This document shows, one piece after another, positions 25,540 to 35,183 of a stretch of 64,000 nucleotides of DNA (within the stretch, counting starts at the first letter, position 1; the number at the start of each line of letters is the position of its first letter). Source of the DNA: a virus (lineage: Duplodnaviria > Caudoviricetes); IMG/VR virus record IMGVR_UViG_3300010356_002264. One strand, 5' to 3'. The position numbers and the translations under genes are program-made. The notes beneath the pieces were generated by a model, which did no database searches, was not told where the DNA came from, and saw only the letters and a list, made by a program, of their open reading frames with translations.

Positions 25540-26209
25540 ATGAACAGCATCCTGGTAGAAGTGAGGGCCGCCGAGGGCGGCGACGACGCGAAGAACCTCG
25601 TGCGCCAGCAGGTACGCATCTATGTGCGACGCTGCGAGCGGAGGGGTCTTTAGCGCGGCTCTCGTTGAGGAGCGACCGGGGATCGCGATCCTTGAGGTGT
25701 CCGGCGCCGGCGCGGAGGCAGCCTTTGCGGACGAGCCCGGCGGGCACCGGTGGCAGCGGGTCCCCGAGACCGAGAAGCGGGGGCGCGTCCATACTTCTTC
25801 GCTGACGGTCGCCATCCTTCCTGTAGCGACAGACGCTGAGGTAGATGTACGAAGTTCCGACTTTGAATGGCAAGCCACCCGAGGCAGCGGAGCAGGAGGC
25901 CAGCATCGCAATAAAACGAGCTCAGCCGTCATCTTGCGTCATATACCGACGGGAATCGTGGTCCGCTGCGAATCGGAACGCAGCCAACACAGCAACCGAC
26001 GCACCGCGATGTCCCTCCTCCTGTTCAAGCTGAGAACCCAGAGCCAAGAGGGTGCGCAAGCAGGCCGAGCCAAGCTGCGACGTGATCAAGTTGGAAGAGG
26101 GTGTCGCGGAGATAAGATCCGTACGGTCGCCGTTCAGCGCGACGAGGTTGTCGACCACCGACTGAACAAACGCTGGAGCTACCGCGAGTATGAGCGAGGA
26201 GGATGGTAG
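25540..26209 (+). CDS. Class-I peptide release factor homologue (RF1-type PxT, lacks domain 1), requiring a +1 frameshift at codon 37; ~222 aa
   Basis: ILVEVRAAEGGDDA in frame 0; GGHRWQRVPETEKRGRVHTS, GSGAGGQHRNKT, CESERSQHSN and RGDKIRT in the +1 frame. Confidence 0.9.
25640..25654 (+). other. Programmed +1 frameshift cassette GGAGG-GGT-CTT-TAG-C
   Basis: Same geometry as the prfB signal: internal SD, 3-nt spacer, CUU-stop-C. Confidence 0.85.
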
Positions 26210-26213
26210 GCCG

Positions 26214-26828
26214 CTAGGCGGCAGCATGCGGGCATACCCCTCCGTTGACCGCGCGTCCGCAGTTGCAGTTGAAACATAGCACTCGGTACCCGTCTGGATA
26301 CTTCTGCCTCTTCAACCACCTATATAGTTTCCCGTGGAGGTCGATACGATGCTTCTTGCCTCCACCCATCACGTGGTCGATGGTTAGGAACCCGATTCGG
26401 TCCTCTCTGCAACATTCGCAACGTCCCCCATAGGCCGTCAGTACCTCAACCTTCAGGGTCTGTTCGCGCTTCCGAAGTCGGAGCTTGCACCGATCACACC
26501 AACGAGGTCCCTCTCCCTCACATTTTGGCGCCCCACATCGAGGGCATAAAGTAGGGTCGACTTGGTGGGCTTCGCGTCTCGTCTTTCCCTTCTCTTGGTA
26601 CTTCTCCCGACATGCGGTGCAGAGCTTCCCCGGGGAGTCCAGCGGACCTCGACAATCCGCGCATCTTCCTGACGCGACTAGCGCGGCCTTCCTCCGCCGG
26701 TCATACTCAATAGCGCAACCACATGTCTGTTTACCAAGACGCGGCGGGTTCGTCCCACACCTGACACAGAGTCCGGCCTCTTGGAGGGACTTACGCCTGG
26801 CGGTTTGCCAGGCTGTCTTCTTGTTCAT
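26214..26828 (-). CDS. Zn-finger-repeat HNH endonuclease (free-standing, homing-type)
   Basis: Multiple CxxC; CECC...LTIDH...LCFNCN; atypical codon usage. Confidence 0.8.
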   Translation of the reverse strand: MNKKTAWQTARRKSLQEAGLCVRCGTNPPRLGKQTCGCAIEYDRRRKAALVASGRCADCRGPLDSPGKLCTACREKYQEKGKTRREAHQVDPTLCPRCGAPKCEGEGPRWCDRCKLRLRKREQTLKVEVLTAYGGRCECCREDRIGFLTIDHVMGGGKKHRIDLHGKLYRWLKRQKYPDGYRVLCFNCNCGRAVNGGVCPHAAA

Positions 26829-26869
26829 ACTTCTACGCTGGCCATAAACCCAGCACAAAAACATCCTGG

Positions 26870-26914
26870 GGCCGGCGGTGGACCTACCGCGACTACGAGC
26901 GCGGCGACTGGTAA
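26870..26914 (+). pseudogene. Stranded duplicate of the release-factor 3' end
   Basis: GRRWTYRDYERGDW* versus the active NKRWSYREYERGGW*. Confidence 0.8.
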
Positions 26915-26951
26915 CCGATCATCGTTGAGCGGTTAGGTCCCCCAGGAAGGT

Positions 26952-27266
26952 CTAGGCGCTCATCCGTGAGCGCCTAGCCGTGGGGATTGGCTCGCAACGA
27001 ATGCGCCGGGCCAGGATCTTCATCGCCCACGGCTGAGGGAGTGCGGGGGTCGTGAAGACGAAGCCGAACGGTCGACGCAGCATGCGCGTGACCTGCACGT
27101 TGAAGGGCGTGCAGGCTTCTTGCAGGACCTTCCGGTACTCCTCGATGTCCTCGTACTCGGACTCGTCGCGCCAGCGGTCAGCGAGGCGGCACGCAAGGTC
27201 GCGGATCGCGTCGAAGAACGGACGAACGACGTCCATGGGGCGGGAGGGGGTCGAAGGTGGGCTCAT
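26952..27266 (-). CDS. Hypothetical protein
   Basis: ATG 37 nt after the motif (27303). Confidence 0.65.
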   Translation of the reverse strand: MSPPSTPSRPMDVVRPFFDAIRDLACRLADRWRDESEYEDIEEYRKVLQEACTPFNVQVTRMLRRPFGFVFTTPALPQPWAMKILARRIRCEPIPTARRSRMSA

Positions 27267-27285
27267 ACCCACTTGTCAACGATCC

Positions 27286-27837
27286 CTACGACTTCAGAGC
27301 TGACCCGAGCCGCGCGCGAAGGGAGTCGAGGACCCCGCGGGCGTCGTCGTTCATGGCCCGCATGGTCTTCTCGGCGTGGGTGAGCTCGCTTTGGAGGCGA
27401 GCTACCTCCTCGGTGAGTCGGCGGATCTCTGCCTTATGGGCGGCTGCCTCACGGCCGATGCGCGTGACGATGTCGACCTCGTCCTCGATGAGGTTGTCAT
27501 CGTCCAGGTGCCTGCGAATGGTGCCCTCCAGCAGGAGTCGGCGCTGCTCGGACTGGCGACGAACGCGAATCGCCTCGTTACGGTCGCGCTCAGCGAGCGC
27601 TAGTTGACCGCGCAGGTAGGAGGGATCATCCTTGTCATCGACGGTCTCTGATCCTTCAAGGATCGCGTTGATGTACCGGACGTGCGGGCACTTGCAGGTG
27701 TCGTCCTCGGGGCAGTCCTTGAGGTGCTCGACGCTGTAGTCAACGACGTAGCGGGCGAGCCACGCGGCCAGGAGGTCCGATCGGTCCTTCTGGGCGCGAA
27801 GCTCCTTCTCTAGCTCGATCTCGCGGGTGGTGGGCAT
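27286..27837 (-). CDS. Coiled-coil protein with HxxxC..CxC motif
   Basis: MPTTREIELEK; GAGG SD. Confidence 0.65.
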   Translation of the reverse strand: MPTTREIELEKELRAQKDRSDLLAAWLARYVVDYSVEHLKDCPEDDTCKCPHVRYINAILEGSETVDDKDDPSYLRGQLALAERDRNEAIRVRRQSEQRRLLLEGTIRRHLDDDNLIEDEVDIVTRIGREAAAHKAEIRRLTEEVARLQSELTHAEKTMRAMNDDARGVLDSLRARLGSALKS

Positions 27838-27917
27838 GGGTTCCTCTCTGATTGCCTCCTCTGAATACCCCACACGCCAGGATCTGTCGGTAGGTCGCCT
27901 CTCCCCCAGCGGATCGC

Positions 27918-28373
27918 ATGGCGGACAACGCGACACGCAGCTACATCCTGGAGAACGCGGCCGAGTGGGCGAGGCGCGAGCGCAAGTGGCACCGACGCCT
28001 GGAGTGGGAGCGCCGGTGGAAGTGGATCGGGGCGGGCGCGCCCCCCGTCGTTGCCGCCGCGGGCGGACTCGTCGTCCACCTGTGGGGGCATCAGACGCTG
28101 GTGGTGGTGGTCGCCCCACTGCTCCTGGGCCTCATCGGCCTCCGCAGCCTGGTGGCGAGCGGGCGGATCAGCGAGGGCAAGTACGAGGAGGTCTGGGCGA
28201 TCGCCGACCGAGTGTCCAAGGTGTACAGGTCGCTGCGGGCCCGGCTCGACGACGGGGAGGACCCCACCCTGCTGCGGGTGGCGGCCGACGCGGTGGAGGC
28301 GGAGGCCCGCCTGGGGGTGCCCGAGGCGCTGCGGGGCGCGATCCGACTCGCTAGCGGAACGGGTCACCCTTAG
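27918..28373 (+). CDS. Two-TM membrane protein (SLATT-like topology)
   Basis: Helix-TM-TM-helix arrangement. Confidence 0.5.
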   Translation: MADNATRSYILENAAEWARRERKWHRRLEWERRWKWIGAGAPPVVAAAGGLVVHLWGHQTLVVVVAPLLLGLIGLRSLVASGRISEGKYEEVWAIADRVSKVYRSLRARLDDGEDPTLLRVAADAVEAEARLGVPEALRGAIRLASGTGHP

Positions 28374-28986
28374 CGAGGCGGCTCGCGGCGACCTCCAGCA
28401 GGAGCTCGGCCATCTCCTGTCGCGCGCGGCGCACGGCACGGTCTCCGAACGTCAGGCGGCGGATGCCCGGGTGGACCCAGGCGTCCGCGATGCGTTCGGG
28501 GGCGACGCGAAACAGCGTCGTCCCGAAGGGTCCTCGCATGGGGACGACGAGAGGACCCTTGCGGCTCGGGTCGTGCCGACGCGCCATCTCCTGAGTGAGC
28601 CAGGGCATCGGGTGGCGCGGGACACCCTTGGACAGCAGCTCGTCGAGCCCGTAGTAGGTGGAGGTGACCTCCACCTGGTTGCCCACGACCCGGAAGGAGA
28701 AGGACTTGTCGATGGGAGGCCCGCCCTGCGGCTGCCCCTCCTGCGCGTGGTGGACCCGCTTGGGCGCATCGACCCCCCCGATCTGGGCGGACGCGCTGCT
28801 CCCCCCGTGGGAGCCGGGGGCCTTGAGGCTCCAGTTGCGGCGGGCGAAGTCCTTGCGGGCCTCCTCCGCGAAGACCTTGACGAGTAGCTTCCCGATCGCC
28901 TGGACCTCACGGGGTGTCAGGGGCTCCCGCTTGATCTTCGACCACGGCTTGAGGTAGGTGCGGCGCGCGACTCGTAAGCCCTTCAT
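28351..28986 (-). CDS. Putative virion morphogenesis protein
   Basis: Basic ORF with AWVHPGI..F pattern. Confidence 0.5.
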   Translation of the reverse strand: MKGLRVARRTYLKPWSKIKREPLTPREVQAIGKLLVKVFAEEARKDFARRNWSLKAPGSHGGSSASAQIGGVDAPKRVHHAQEGQPQGGPPIDKSFSFRVVGNQVEVTSTYYGLDELLSKGVPRHPMPWLTQEMARRHDPSRKGPLVVPMRGPFGTTLFRVAPERIADAWVHPGIRRLTFGDRAVRRARQEMAELLLEVAASRLAKGDPFR

Positions 28987-29077
28987 GCCCTCATGATATC
29001 GGGCTCCAGCGAGAGGGTTGACGAAATAAGTCAGCTCCGATCTTTGCGTTCCTCTCTACCTGTTAGGGAGGAACGAG

Positions 29078-29299
29078 ATGGCACACCAGATCACCATTAG
29101 CGACGCGTTGTTGACCCGCCTGCGTGAGCTAGCGAGCGACAAGACGGGGCTTGACCAGGCCGAGGAGCAGGGAAAAGAGTTTCGAGTCCCGGAGGCCAGC
29201 GAGGGAGATCCGGAAGCAGCCTACGACTTAGGTTGCGCGGACGGTGAGATCCTGCTGGCTCGAAGCCTGATCGCAGAGATCGACAAGGTGAACTCATGA
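29078..29299 (+). CDS. Hypothetical protein
   Basis: SD plus motif at 29031. Confidence 0.6.
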   Translation: MAHQITISDALLTRLRELASDKTGLDQAEEQGKEFRVPEASEGDPEAAYDLGCADGEILLARSLIAEIDKVNS

Positions 29300-29634
29300 G
29301 CGACATCGCTGATATCCGACGGAACAAGCACCTGGACTCATTGGTTCGCACTTTTGAAGGAAAGGTCCAGAGCCTGCGCGAGATGATCGACGAGATGCTG
29401 GCTTCCGGGAGTGCTGCGCGACTCAAGTTCGCGCACTCCCAGGGCCGCAAGGTGGGGGGTCTGTACCAGGTCAAGCGGCCCGTATGGACCCTGTGGGTCG
29501 GTGATGACGGGGTTGACCTCTCCAAGATCGGAGCGGAGTACGCCGCCAGTCAGATGAACCCCCGTCCCGACCTCAAGCTCCTTGAGGAGCAGGGAAACGC
29601 AGCCTACGAGAAGGCGTTGAAGGAATCACGCTAG
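29296..29634 (+). CDS. Hypothetical protein
   Basis: ATGA overlap. Confidence 0.6.
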   Translation: MSDIADIRRNKHLDSLVRTFEGKVQSLREMIDEMLASGSAARLKFAHSQGRKVGGLYQVKRPVWTLWVGDDGVDLSKIGAEYAASQMNPRPDLKLLEEQGNAAYEKALKESR

Positions 29635-29693
29635 ATCGCCCTCCTCGTCGGGAACTTCAGCTCCCGTCAGACGGCTCGTGTTTACTACCCCCC

Positions 29694-30824
29694 ATGAGCA
29701 AACACACCTTCCCCACCCTGTACGAGAAGAGCAGCACGGGCGCGATCAAGCAGTGGACCATCTCGGTGGATGGCAACGTCATCACCACCGAGTGGGGCCT
29801 CAAGGGAGGCGCCCTCCAGAAGACGAGCGACCCCATCACGGAGGGCAAGAACCTCGGCAAGTCGAACGCCACGACCCCCGAGCAGCAGGCGATGCTGGAG
29901 GCGGAGGCCAAGCACACCAAGAAGAAGAAGTCGGGCTACGTCGAGTCGATCGACTCCGCCGAGGCCGGCGAGGTGGACGCGCTCGTGCAGGGCGGTGAGT
30001 GGCCCATGCTGGCGGAGGTCTTTCGAGACCACGCGCACAAGGTCGTCTACCCCGCCGTCATCCAGAAGAAGTACGACGGGCACCGCTGCATCGCGCAGGT
30101 GGACAAGGCAGGCAAGGTGACGCTGTGGTCGCGCGAGCGTCGCCCTATCGAGACGATGCCTCACATCCAGAACGAGCTTGAACGCGTCTGCGCACTCGCG
30201 GGCATCAAGGACTGCTTCCTCGACGGGGAACTCTACATCCACGGGATGGGGTTCCAGTTGCTCACGAAGTTCATCAAGAAGTATCGGCCCGGCGAGAGCG
30301 AGAAGGTCCAGTACCACATCTACGACATCATCACCGACGAGTGCTACCGGAAGCGGTACGCACGACTGTCGTTCATCGAGGAGCACGGGGACAAGACCAA
30401 GGTCGTCCGCGTCGAGTCGATCTTCGTGAACAACGAGGCCGAGGCCGCGGAAGCCTTCGCGCACTTCGTGTCCCTCGGCTACGAGGGGCTCATGATGCGC
30501 CTGCTCGGTGAGGGCTACAAGCGGGGCAAGCGCACTTGGTTCCTCCTCAAGATGAAGGGGTTCCTTGACGCGGTCGCCCGCGTCAAGAAGCTCATCGAGG
30601 GAACGGGCAAGCTCTTGGGCCATGTCGCCGTGTACGAGTGCGAGACACCCGAGGGACGCACCATCCTCGTCACGGCGACGGGCGAGTTCGGCCCACGCAA
30701 GGCCGCGTGGGAGCAGCAGACCGGGATCGGGGAGAACCTGGAGTACCAGTACTTCGAGCGCACCGACGACGGCCTCCCCCGCTTCCCGACGGCCCTAAGG
30801 TTCGTTCCCGGCCTGCACTCGTGA
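29694..30824 (+). CDS. lig: ATP-dependent DNA ligase
   Basis: QKKYDGHRC, LDGELY, YHIYD, YEGLMMR, LLKMK, PRFP. Confidence 0.92.
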   Translation: MSKHTFPTLYEKSSTGAIKQWTISVDGNVITTEWGLKGGALQKTSDPITEGKNLGKSNATTPEQQAMLEAEAKHTKKKKSGYVESIDSAEAGEVDALVQGGEWPMLAEVFRDHAHKVVYPAVIQKKYDGHRCIAQVDKAGKVTLWSRERRPIETMPHIQNELERVCALAGIKDCFLDGELYIHGMGFQLLTKFIKKYRPGESEKVQYHIYDIITDECYRKRYARLSFIEEHGDKTKVVRVESIFVNNEAEAAEAFAHFVSLGYEGLMMRLLGEGYKRGKRTWFLLKMKGFLDAVARVKKLIEGTGKLLGHVAVYECETPEGRTILVTATGEFGPRKAAWEQQTGIGENLEYQYFERTDDGLPRFPTALRFVPGLHS

Positions 30825-31513
30825 ACCCCGCCGAGGCCACCCTCGCGGAGCAGCCCGTCATGCAGCGGGCCGCCCGCGAGTCGTATCGGGTCGCCCGCGC
30901 TGCCGCGACGGGCGAGGAGATCCTCGCGTGGGCGGAGACGGTCGTCGAGATGGAGCAGGAGGCCACTGCGTCCCACTGGCCCCTCACCGCGTGTGGGCCT
31001 GGCTGCGCGCACTGCTGCCACATCCCGGTGGAGGTGTCTCCCGTGGAGGTCACGATCCTTCACCGCGCCTCGTGCCTTTTGCCGGGCTACGAGGAGAGGG
31101 TCCGCGCCTCCGCCTCCGCTGACGCGGAGGGGCGGGTCGCATGTCCACTCCTCGTGGCGAACCGATGCGTCGCGTACGCGGCCCGTCCGGCCGCGTGCCG
31201 CGGGGAGAACTCGACGAGCGCTGAGGAGTGTGCCCAGCCTAGGGGGAGCCACCACTACTACGGGGAGGTCCGCATGCTTTCCCGCAGCGTCATCGGGGGC
31301 GCGACGATCGCTTTTGGGGAGCGCGGCCTGGACGTTCGCCCGCTGCTCCTGCGTCGTGCGCTCGCCGAGGTCGCCCATCTTCCACCTGACGAGCCGCTAG
31401 AGAGGTGGCTCGCCGGGGAAGTCCTGTTTTCCCCCGCCAGTCGCATGCCGTATGGTCGACGCGTCAAGTCCATGCTCCTCCAGATCAGTAGGCGCAAAAC
31501 CCAACTCACGTAG
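30821..31513 (+). CDS. YkgJ-family Fe-S/Cys-cluster protein
   Basis: CGPGCAHCC...CPLL...C.AY..RP..CR. Confidence 0.8.
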   Translation: MNPAEATLAEQPVMQRAARESYRVARAAATGEEILAWAETVVEMEQEATASHWPLTACGPGCAHCCHIPVEVSPVEVTILHRASCLLPGYEERVRASASADAEGRVACPLLVANRCVAYAARPAACRGENSTSAEECAQPRGSHHYYGEVRMLSRSVIGGATIAFGERGLDVRPLLLRRALAEVAHLPPDEPLERWLAGEVLFSPASRMPYGRRVKSMLLQISRRKTQLT

Positions 31514-31514
31514 G

Positions 31515-32324
31515 ATGAACCTCATGCTGTTTCGTGTCGGAATCCCCAAGCTGTCAGGCCAGATCGCGCGCACCCTGCACCGCCTGCGTCAGCCCGGCAT
31601 GGTGTCCGCAGGAGCCCTGTGGCGGCCCGACCGGGAGCAGTTCGCCTCGCCGGGCCTGCTGGCGCTGCGCATGGAGCTCGCGCTCGACTCTGGCGGGTAC
31701 GTCGCGGCGACCCGCGGCGGGTTCCCCTGGACCGTCGAGCAGTTCGTGACGCTCGCCTGCGCTTATGGCTGGGACTGGTGGAGCCAGATGGACCTGCCAT
31801 GCGAGAAGGCCCTCGCGCCCAACCAGGCGGCCGTGCGCGCGCGGGTCGAGGAGACGGCCCGCCTGCTCGAGTTGTGCCTCCTGGAGGCTCGGCGGCAGCG
31901 GGGAGATAGCGGTCGGTACCCGTGGATGCAGGACCCGGTGCCTGTCCTTCAGGGCCGTAGGCCCGACGACTACGCCTACAGCGCGGAGCTCGCGACCAAG
32001 GTGATGGGGGGCAAGCTGCCCAACTTCGTCGGGATAGGCTCGATGTGTACGCGCCACGTCAACGGGCCGGACGGCATCCTGGCGATCGTGGACGCCCTCG
32101 ACCAGATCCTACCTAAGAACACCCAGTTCCACCTCTACGGGGTCAAGGGGGATGCGCTTCCCCACCTCAAGAACAACCCTCGCGTCAGGTCGTGCGACTC
32201 GATGGCGTGGGACGACCGCGCGCGCTGGGCCGCGTTCGCGGAGGGACGACCCAGCGCGCGCGTCAAGGAGCGTGTGAACCACATGCTGCACTTCACGGAA
32301 GTAAACCTGGCACACATACGATAG
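31515..32324 (+). CDS. TGT/DpdA-like base-exchange protein (possible deazapurine DNA modification)
   Basis: ALDSGGY, MDLPCE, PVLQG, VGIGSMC, HLYGVK, SCDSMAW. Confidence 0.75.
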   Translation: MNLMLFRVGIPKLSGQIARTLHRLRQPGMVSAGALWRPDREQFASPGLLALRMELALDSGGYVAATRGGFPWTVEQFVTLACAYGWDWWSQMDLPCEKALAPNQAAVRARVEETARLLELCLLEARRQRGDSGRYPWMQDPVPVLQGRRPDDYAYSAELATKVMGGKLPNFVGIGSMCTRHVNGPDGILAIVDALDQILPKNTQFHLYGVKGDALPHLKNNPRVRSCDSMAWDDRARWAAFAEGRPSARVKERVNHMLHFTEVNLAHIR

Positions 32325-32403
32325 ACAGCTCCCGCTCCACCTGGGTATCCTCCCAACGTACGGGGCGCGATGTGTGCCCAGATGAACAAAAGGACCTTAG
32401 ATC

Positions 32404-32769
32404 ATGAGTAAGAAGCTATACGTGGGGAACCTCCCCTACGGCGTCGACGACGCCGAACTCGCCCAGACCTTCAGCAGGCACGGTGCGGTCAAGAGCGCCC
32501 AGGTCATCCGTGACCGCACGACCGACCAGTCCAAGGGGTTCGGGTTCGTCGAGATGGAGACCGCCGCGGAGGCGCAGGCCGCCATCGACAAGCTGCACGG
32601 CACGCAGCTTGGTGGGCGCACCTTGACGGTCAACGAGGCCAAGCCTCGTGAGGACCGTGGCGGCGGCGGAGGCGGTGGCTACGGTGGCGGGGGCGGCTAT
32701 GGTGGTCGCGATAGCGGCAATCGCCGTCGCCGCGACGACGATGACGGCAACCGTCGCTCACGCTACTAG
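32404..32769 (+). CDS. RRM (RNP-1) RNA-binding protein with Gly-rich tail
   Basis: KLYVGNL (RNP2) and KGFGFVEM (RNP1). Confidence 0.95.
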   Translation: MSKKLYVGNLPYGVDDAELAQTFSRHGAVKSAQVIRDRTTDQSKGFGFVEMETAAEAQAAIDKLHGTQLGGRTLTVNEAKPREDRGGGGGGGYGGGGGYGGRDSGNRRRRDDDDGNRRSRY

Positions 32770-32810
32770 CTCTCAGCTCCGGTTCGGGCTCACTCTCCGG
32801 GTTCCCTCCC

Positions 32811-33350
32811 ATGCGGGAACCCTCCATCCATCCCGGTGAGGTCCTCCTCACCGACTTCAGCAGCAACACCTACGCCTACAAGTACCGCCTCTCCTTCACG
32901 GGAGAGCGGAGCTTCCTGCGCGTCCACAGAACCGATCTCCACATCGGACAGGCAGCCCTGATCTGCGATCTGTCCCTAACCCGGCCCGAGGCCGAGGCCC
33001 TGGGCGCGGCCTTGGACATCTACCTGATGTGCGGGGGGTTGCGTAACAGGTACGAGCTACATCCGAGCCGTGGTGAGTACCCCCTCATACACTCGAACGG
33101 CAACGTGACGCTTGGGAAGTTCGTCACGTTGCCGAGCGGGCGGGTCTACACCTGCAAGTCGCTCGCGACCTACCGCGCCGACCTGGTCGATAGCTTCGGG
33201 CTCGTCGTGGACGAGCCGCAAGGCCACGAGTGCGTGGGTCTTGGCGACCGCGTCGCTGACCTGGCGCTCGACCTTGCGGACGCCACCATGCTGCGAGATG
33301 GGCTGGCGCAGTTCGTCGCGTCCGCTCAGTTAAGCAGCCTTCCCTCCTGA
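32811..33350 (+). CDS. Hypothetical protein
   Basis: Motif 38 nt upstream. Confidence 0.65.
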   Translation: MREPSIHPGEVLLTDFSSNTYAYKYRLSFTGERSFLRVHRTDLHIGQAALICDLSLTRPEAEALGAALDIYLMCGGLRNRYELHPSRGEYPLIHSNGNVTLGKFVTLPSGRVYTCKSLATYRADLVDSFGLVVDEPQGHECVGLGDRVADLALDLADATMLRDGLAQFVASAQLSSLPS

Positions 33351-33847
33351 GGAAGCATGGAGCGGAAGGCTCCCTCGACCCTGGTGGGCTGCCAGCGTGT
33401 GATGCGCGGGGTGCAGGACTCTCCACGCTCGATGAGGCCGCTCCATACGGAGACGCCATCCCCGCGGGCCTCGCTGAGCAGCAGCACCCCGTCCTGACAT
33501 CCAGGCACCTCGTCGAGTCGGCCATCCAGGTAGAGGAGCTCGATACGACGCTCCTCGGCGGGGTCGTCCGGGACCTTGGGCATCCAGCACTCGGCCGCGT
33601 GGAACACCGCGAAGGCCCCCTCGAGTTGGTGGCACAGCGCCCGGAGGGCCTCTCGCTGGTCCTCCAGCCGAGGGATGCGGGACAGGTCTGAGGGGACCTC
33701 CGCGTGGACCTGTCCCAAGAGGTCTCGCCACATCACGAAGCCAAACGGCGCAATGCGCCCGTCCCGAGCGAACTTGCTCTCGATGAGGTGCTGTATCCGG
33801 GCGACCGCTTCGTCCCGGTCGAAGGATGTTGGGTACATGTCTTGCAT
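33326..33847 (-). CDS. Hypothetical protein (start 33847 or 33838)
   Basis: ORF; motif at 33877. Confidence 0.6.
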   Translation of the reverse strand: MQDMYPTSFDRDEAVARIQHLIESKFARDGRIAPFGFVMWRDLLGQVHAEVPSDLSRIPRLEDQREALRALCHQLEGAFAVFHAAECWMPKVPDDPAEERRIELLYLDGRLDEVPGCQDGVLLLSEARGDGVSVWSGLIERGESCTPRITRWQPTRVEGAFRSMLPQEGRLLN

Positions 33848-33889
33848 AGTGGCCTGATGAACCCTCAAGAGAGCTGAGCGAGGAGGACA

Positions 33890-34423
33890 GTGATGAAGGA
33901 CATCAAGACGTGGGCACGGGACATCGTACGAGACGCGCGTCGGACTGGGTCGACCACCCAGATCGCACGGGCTGCCGTGCAGGGACGCACCGACGTGGCG
34001 GTCGTGCTGCCGAGCAGCAACGCGGCCCTGGACTTCCGCACGCACTACCTGGTGCCCGCGGCCGTCCGGGCTAACCTCGCGGTCGAGCAGCTTCCCAAGA
34101 GCCCAGCCATCAGGATCTTTGGAGACGACGGCACGAACCACTATGTGTACGTGCTGGTGGCCGGACAGGACGTGCAGGGGTTGCCCGCGGTGCCTCTCCT
34201 GTTCGACCCGGCCGTCGTGTACCTGGTCTCGACGTTCGGGCAAGGGGCGTCCCCCGTGGCGTCCCTGCGCGAGATCATCCTGTACGGGACGACCGCGGGG
34301 ACGGCGGGCCTGCTCGGCCTCCTGCTGCGCCCGCACCTGGGGCGCTGGGCGGTCGGGGCTGCCGTGGCGGTCGGGACGCTGGTTCCCGCGCTGCGCGCGC
34401 TACGCCGGCTGCGCCGCCGGTAG
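33890..34423 (+). CDS. Hypothetical protein with two C-terminal TM segments
   Basis: AGGAGG SD. Confidence 0.6.
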   Translation: MMKDIKTWARDIVRDARRTGSTTQIARAAVQGRTDVAVVLPSSNAALDFRTHYLVPAAVRANLAVEQLPKSPAIRIFGDDGTNHYVYVLVAGQDVQGLPAVPLLFDPAVVYLVSTFGQGASPVASLREIILYGTTAGTAGLLGLLLRPHLGRWAVGAAVAVGTLVPALRALRRLRRR

Positions 34424-34852
34424 CGTGAGAGAGGGGCCTGACCGCGCACTCAGCACGAGCCCCGCGGGAAAGCTGCGCAGCCACTCGGAGTCGTGCCCCA
34501 CGTAGAAGTGTGGGCACGACTCCTTGCCACAGGAGTGCCCCGTCTCGATGACGAGCAGGTGCGGAGGGAGGTTCGACACGAACTCCACGTAGGTTGGGTT
34601 GAACGGGGAGCCGGCGACCTGCCGCACGGTGCTCGCGTCGACGACCTTGATCGTTCCCCCCTCGCACGACACGACGGTCATCTCAGTTCGAGACCCCTCG
34701 CTCCAGCACAGGCTGGTCTGGGGGATGCGATACTCGGCCTGCATCGACAGGAAGCCGTCACGTTTGCGGCACTTGATCCCCACGGTCTGGAGCAGGTCGC
34801 GGAGCACCTTGGTGAGGTGGAACTTCTCGCTGTGGTGGTTCGGGGTCGACAT
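34400..34852 (-). CDS. Hypothetical protein
   Basis: Motif 37 nt upstream. Confidence 0.65.
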   Translation of the reverse strand: MSTPNHHSEKFHLTKVLRDLLQTVGIKCRKRDGFLSMQAEYRIPQTSLCWSEGSRTEMTVVSCEGGTIKVVDASTVRQVAGSPFNPTYVEFVSNLPPHLLVIETGHSCGKESCPHFYVGHDSEWLRSFPAGLVLSARSGPSLTLPAAQPA

Positions 34853-34874
34853 GACCGTTAGTCGATGAGGTTAG

Positions 34875-35183
34875 CTACTTCGGAGCTGAGTCCCACAAGG
34901 CCGCGATCGCGTCCCGCCCTACCTGGGCCGCCAGGGCGCGCAGCTTGCGGACCTTGTTGGCGTCCTTGCGACGCACCCGCGAGATCCAGCGCTCGAAGTC
35001 GCCCCCGTGCTGGCGGGCGAGGCCGGCGGCCCCGTCCACGATCTCACCGAGCTCGGTGACTCCGAGAAGCAGGGTGTAGCGTCCCTGCCACTCGTAGACC
35101 GAGAAGGGCGCGCGCTCCCAGACGAGGAGGCCCCGCGGGGGTCCCGGTTCGCACCTGCGGTTCGAGGCCGTGTAGTAGCTCAC
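34875..35183 (-). CDS. Hypothetical protein
   Basis: GTGA overlap. Confidence 0.55.
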   Translation of the reverse strand: MSYYTASNRRCEPGPPRGLLVWERAPFSVYEWQGRYTLLLGVTELGEIVDGAAGLARQHGGDFERWISRVRRKDANKVRKLRALAAQVGRDAIAALWDSAPK

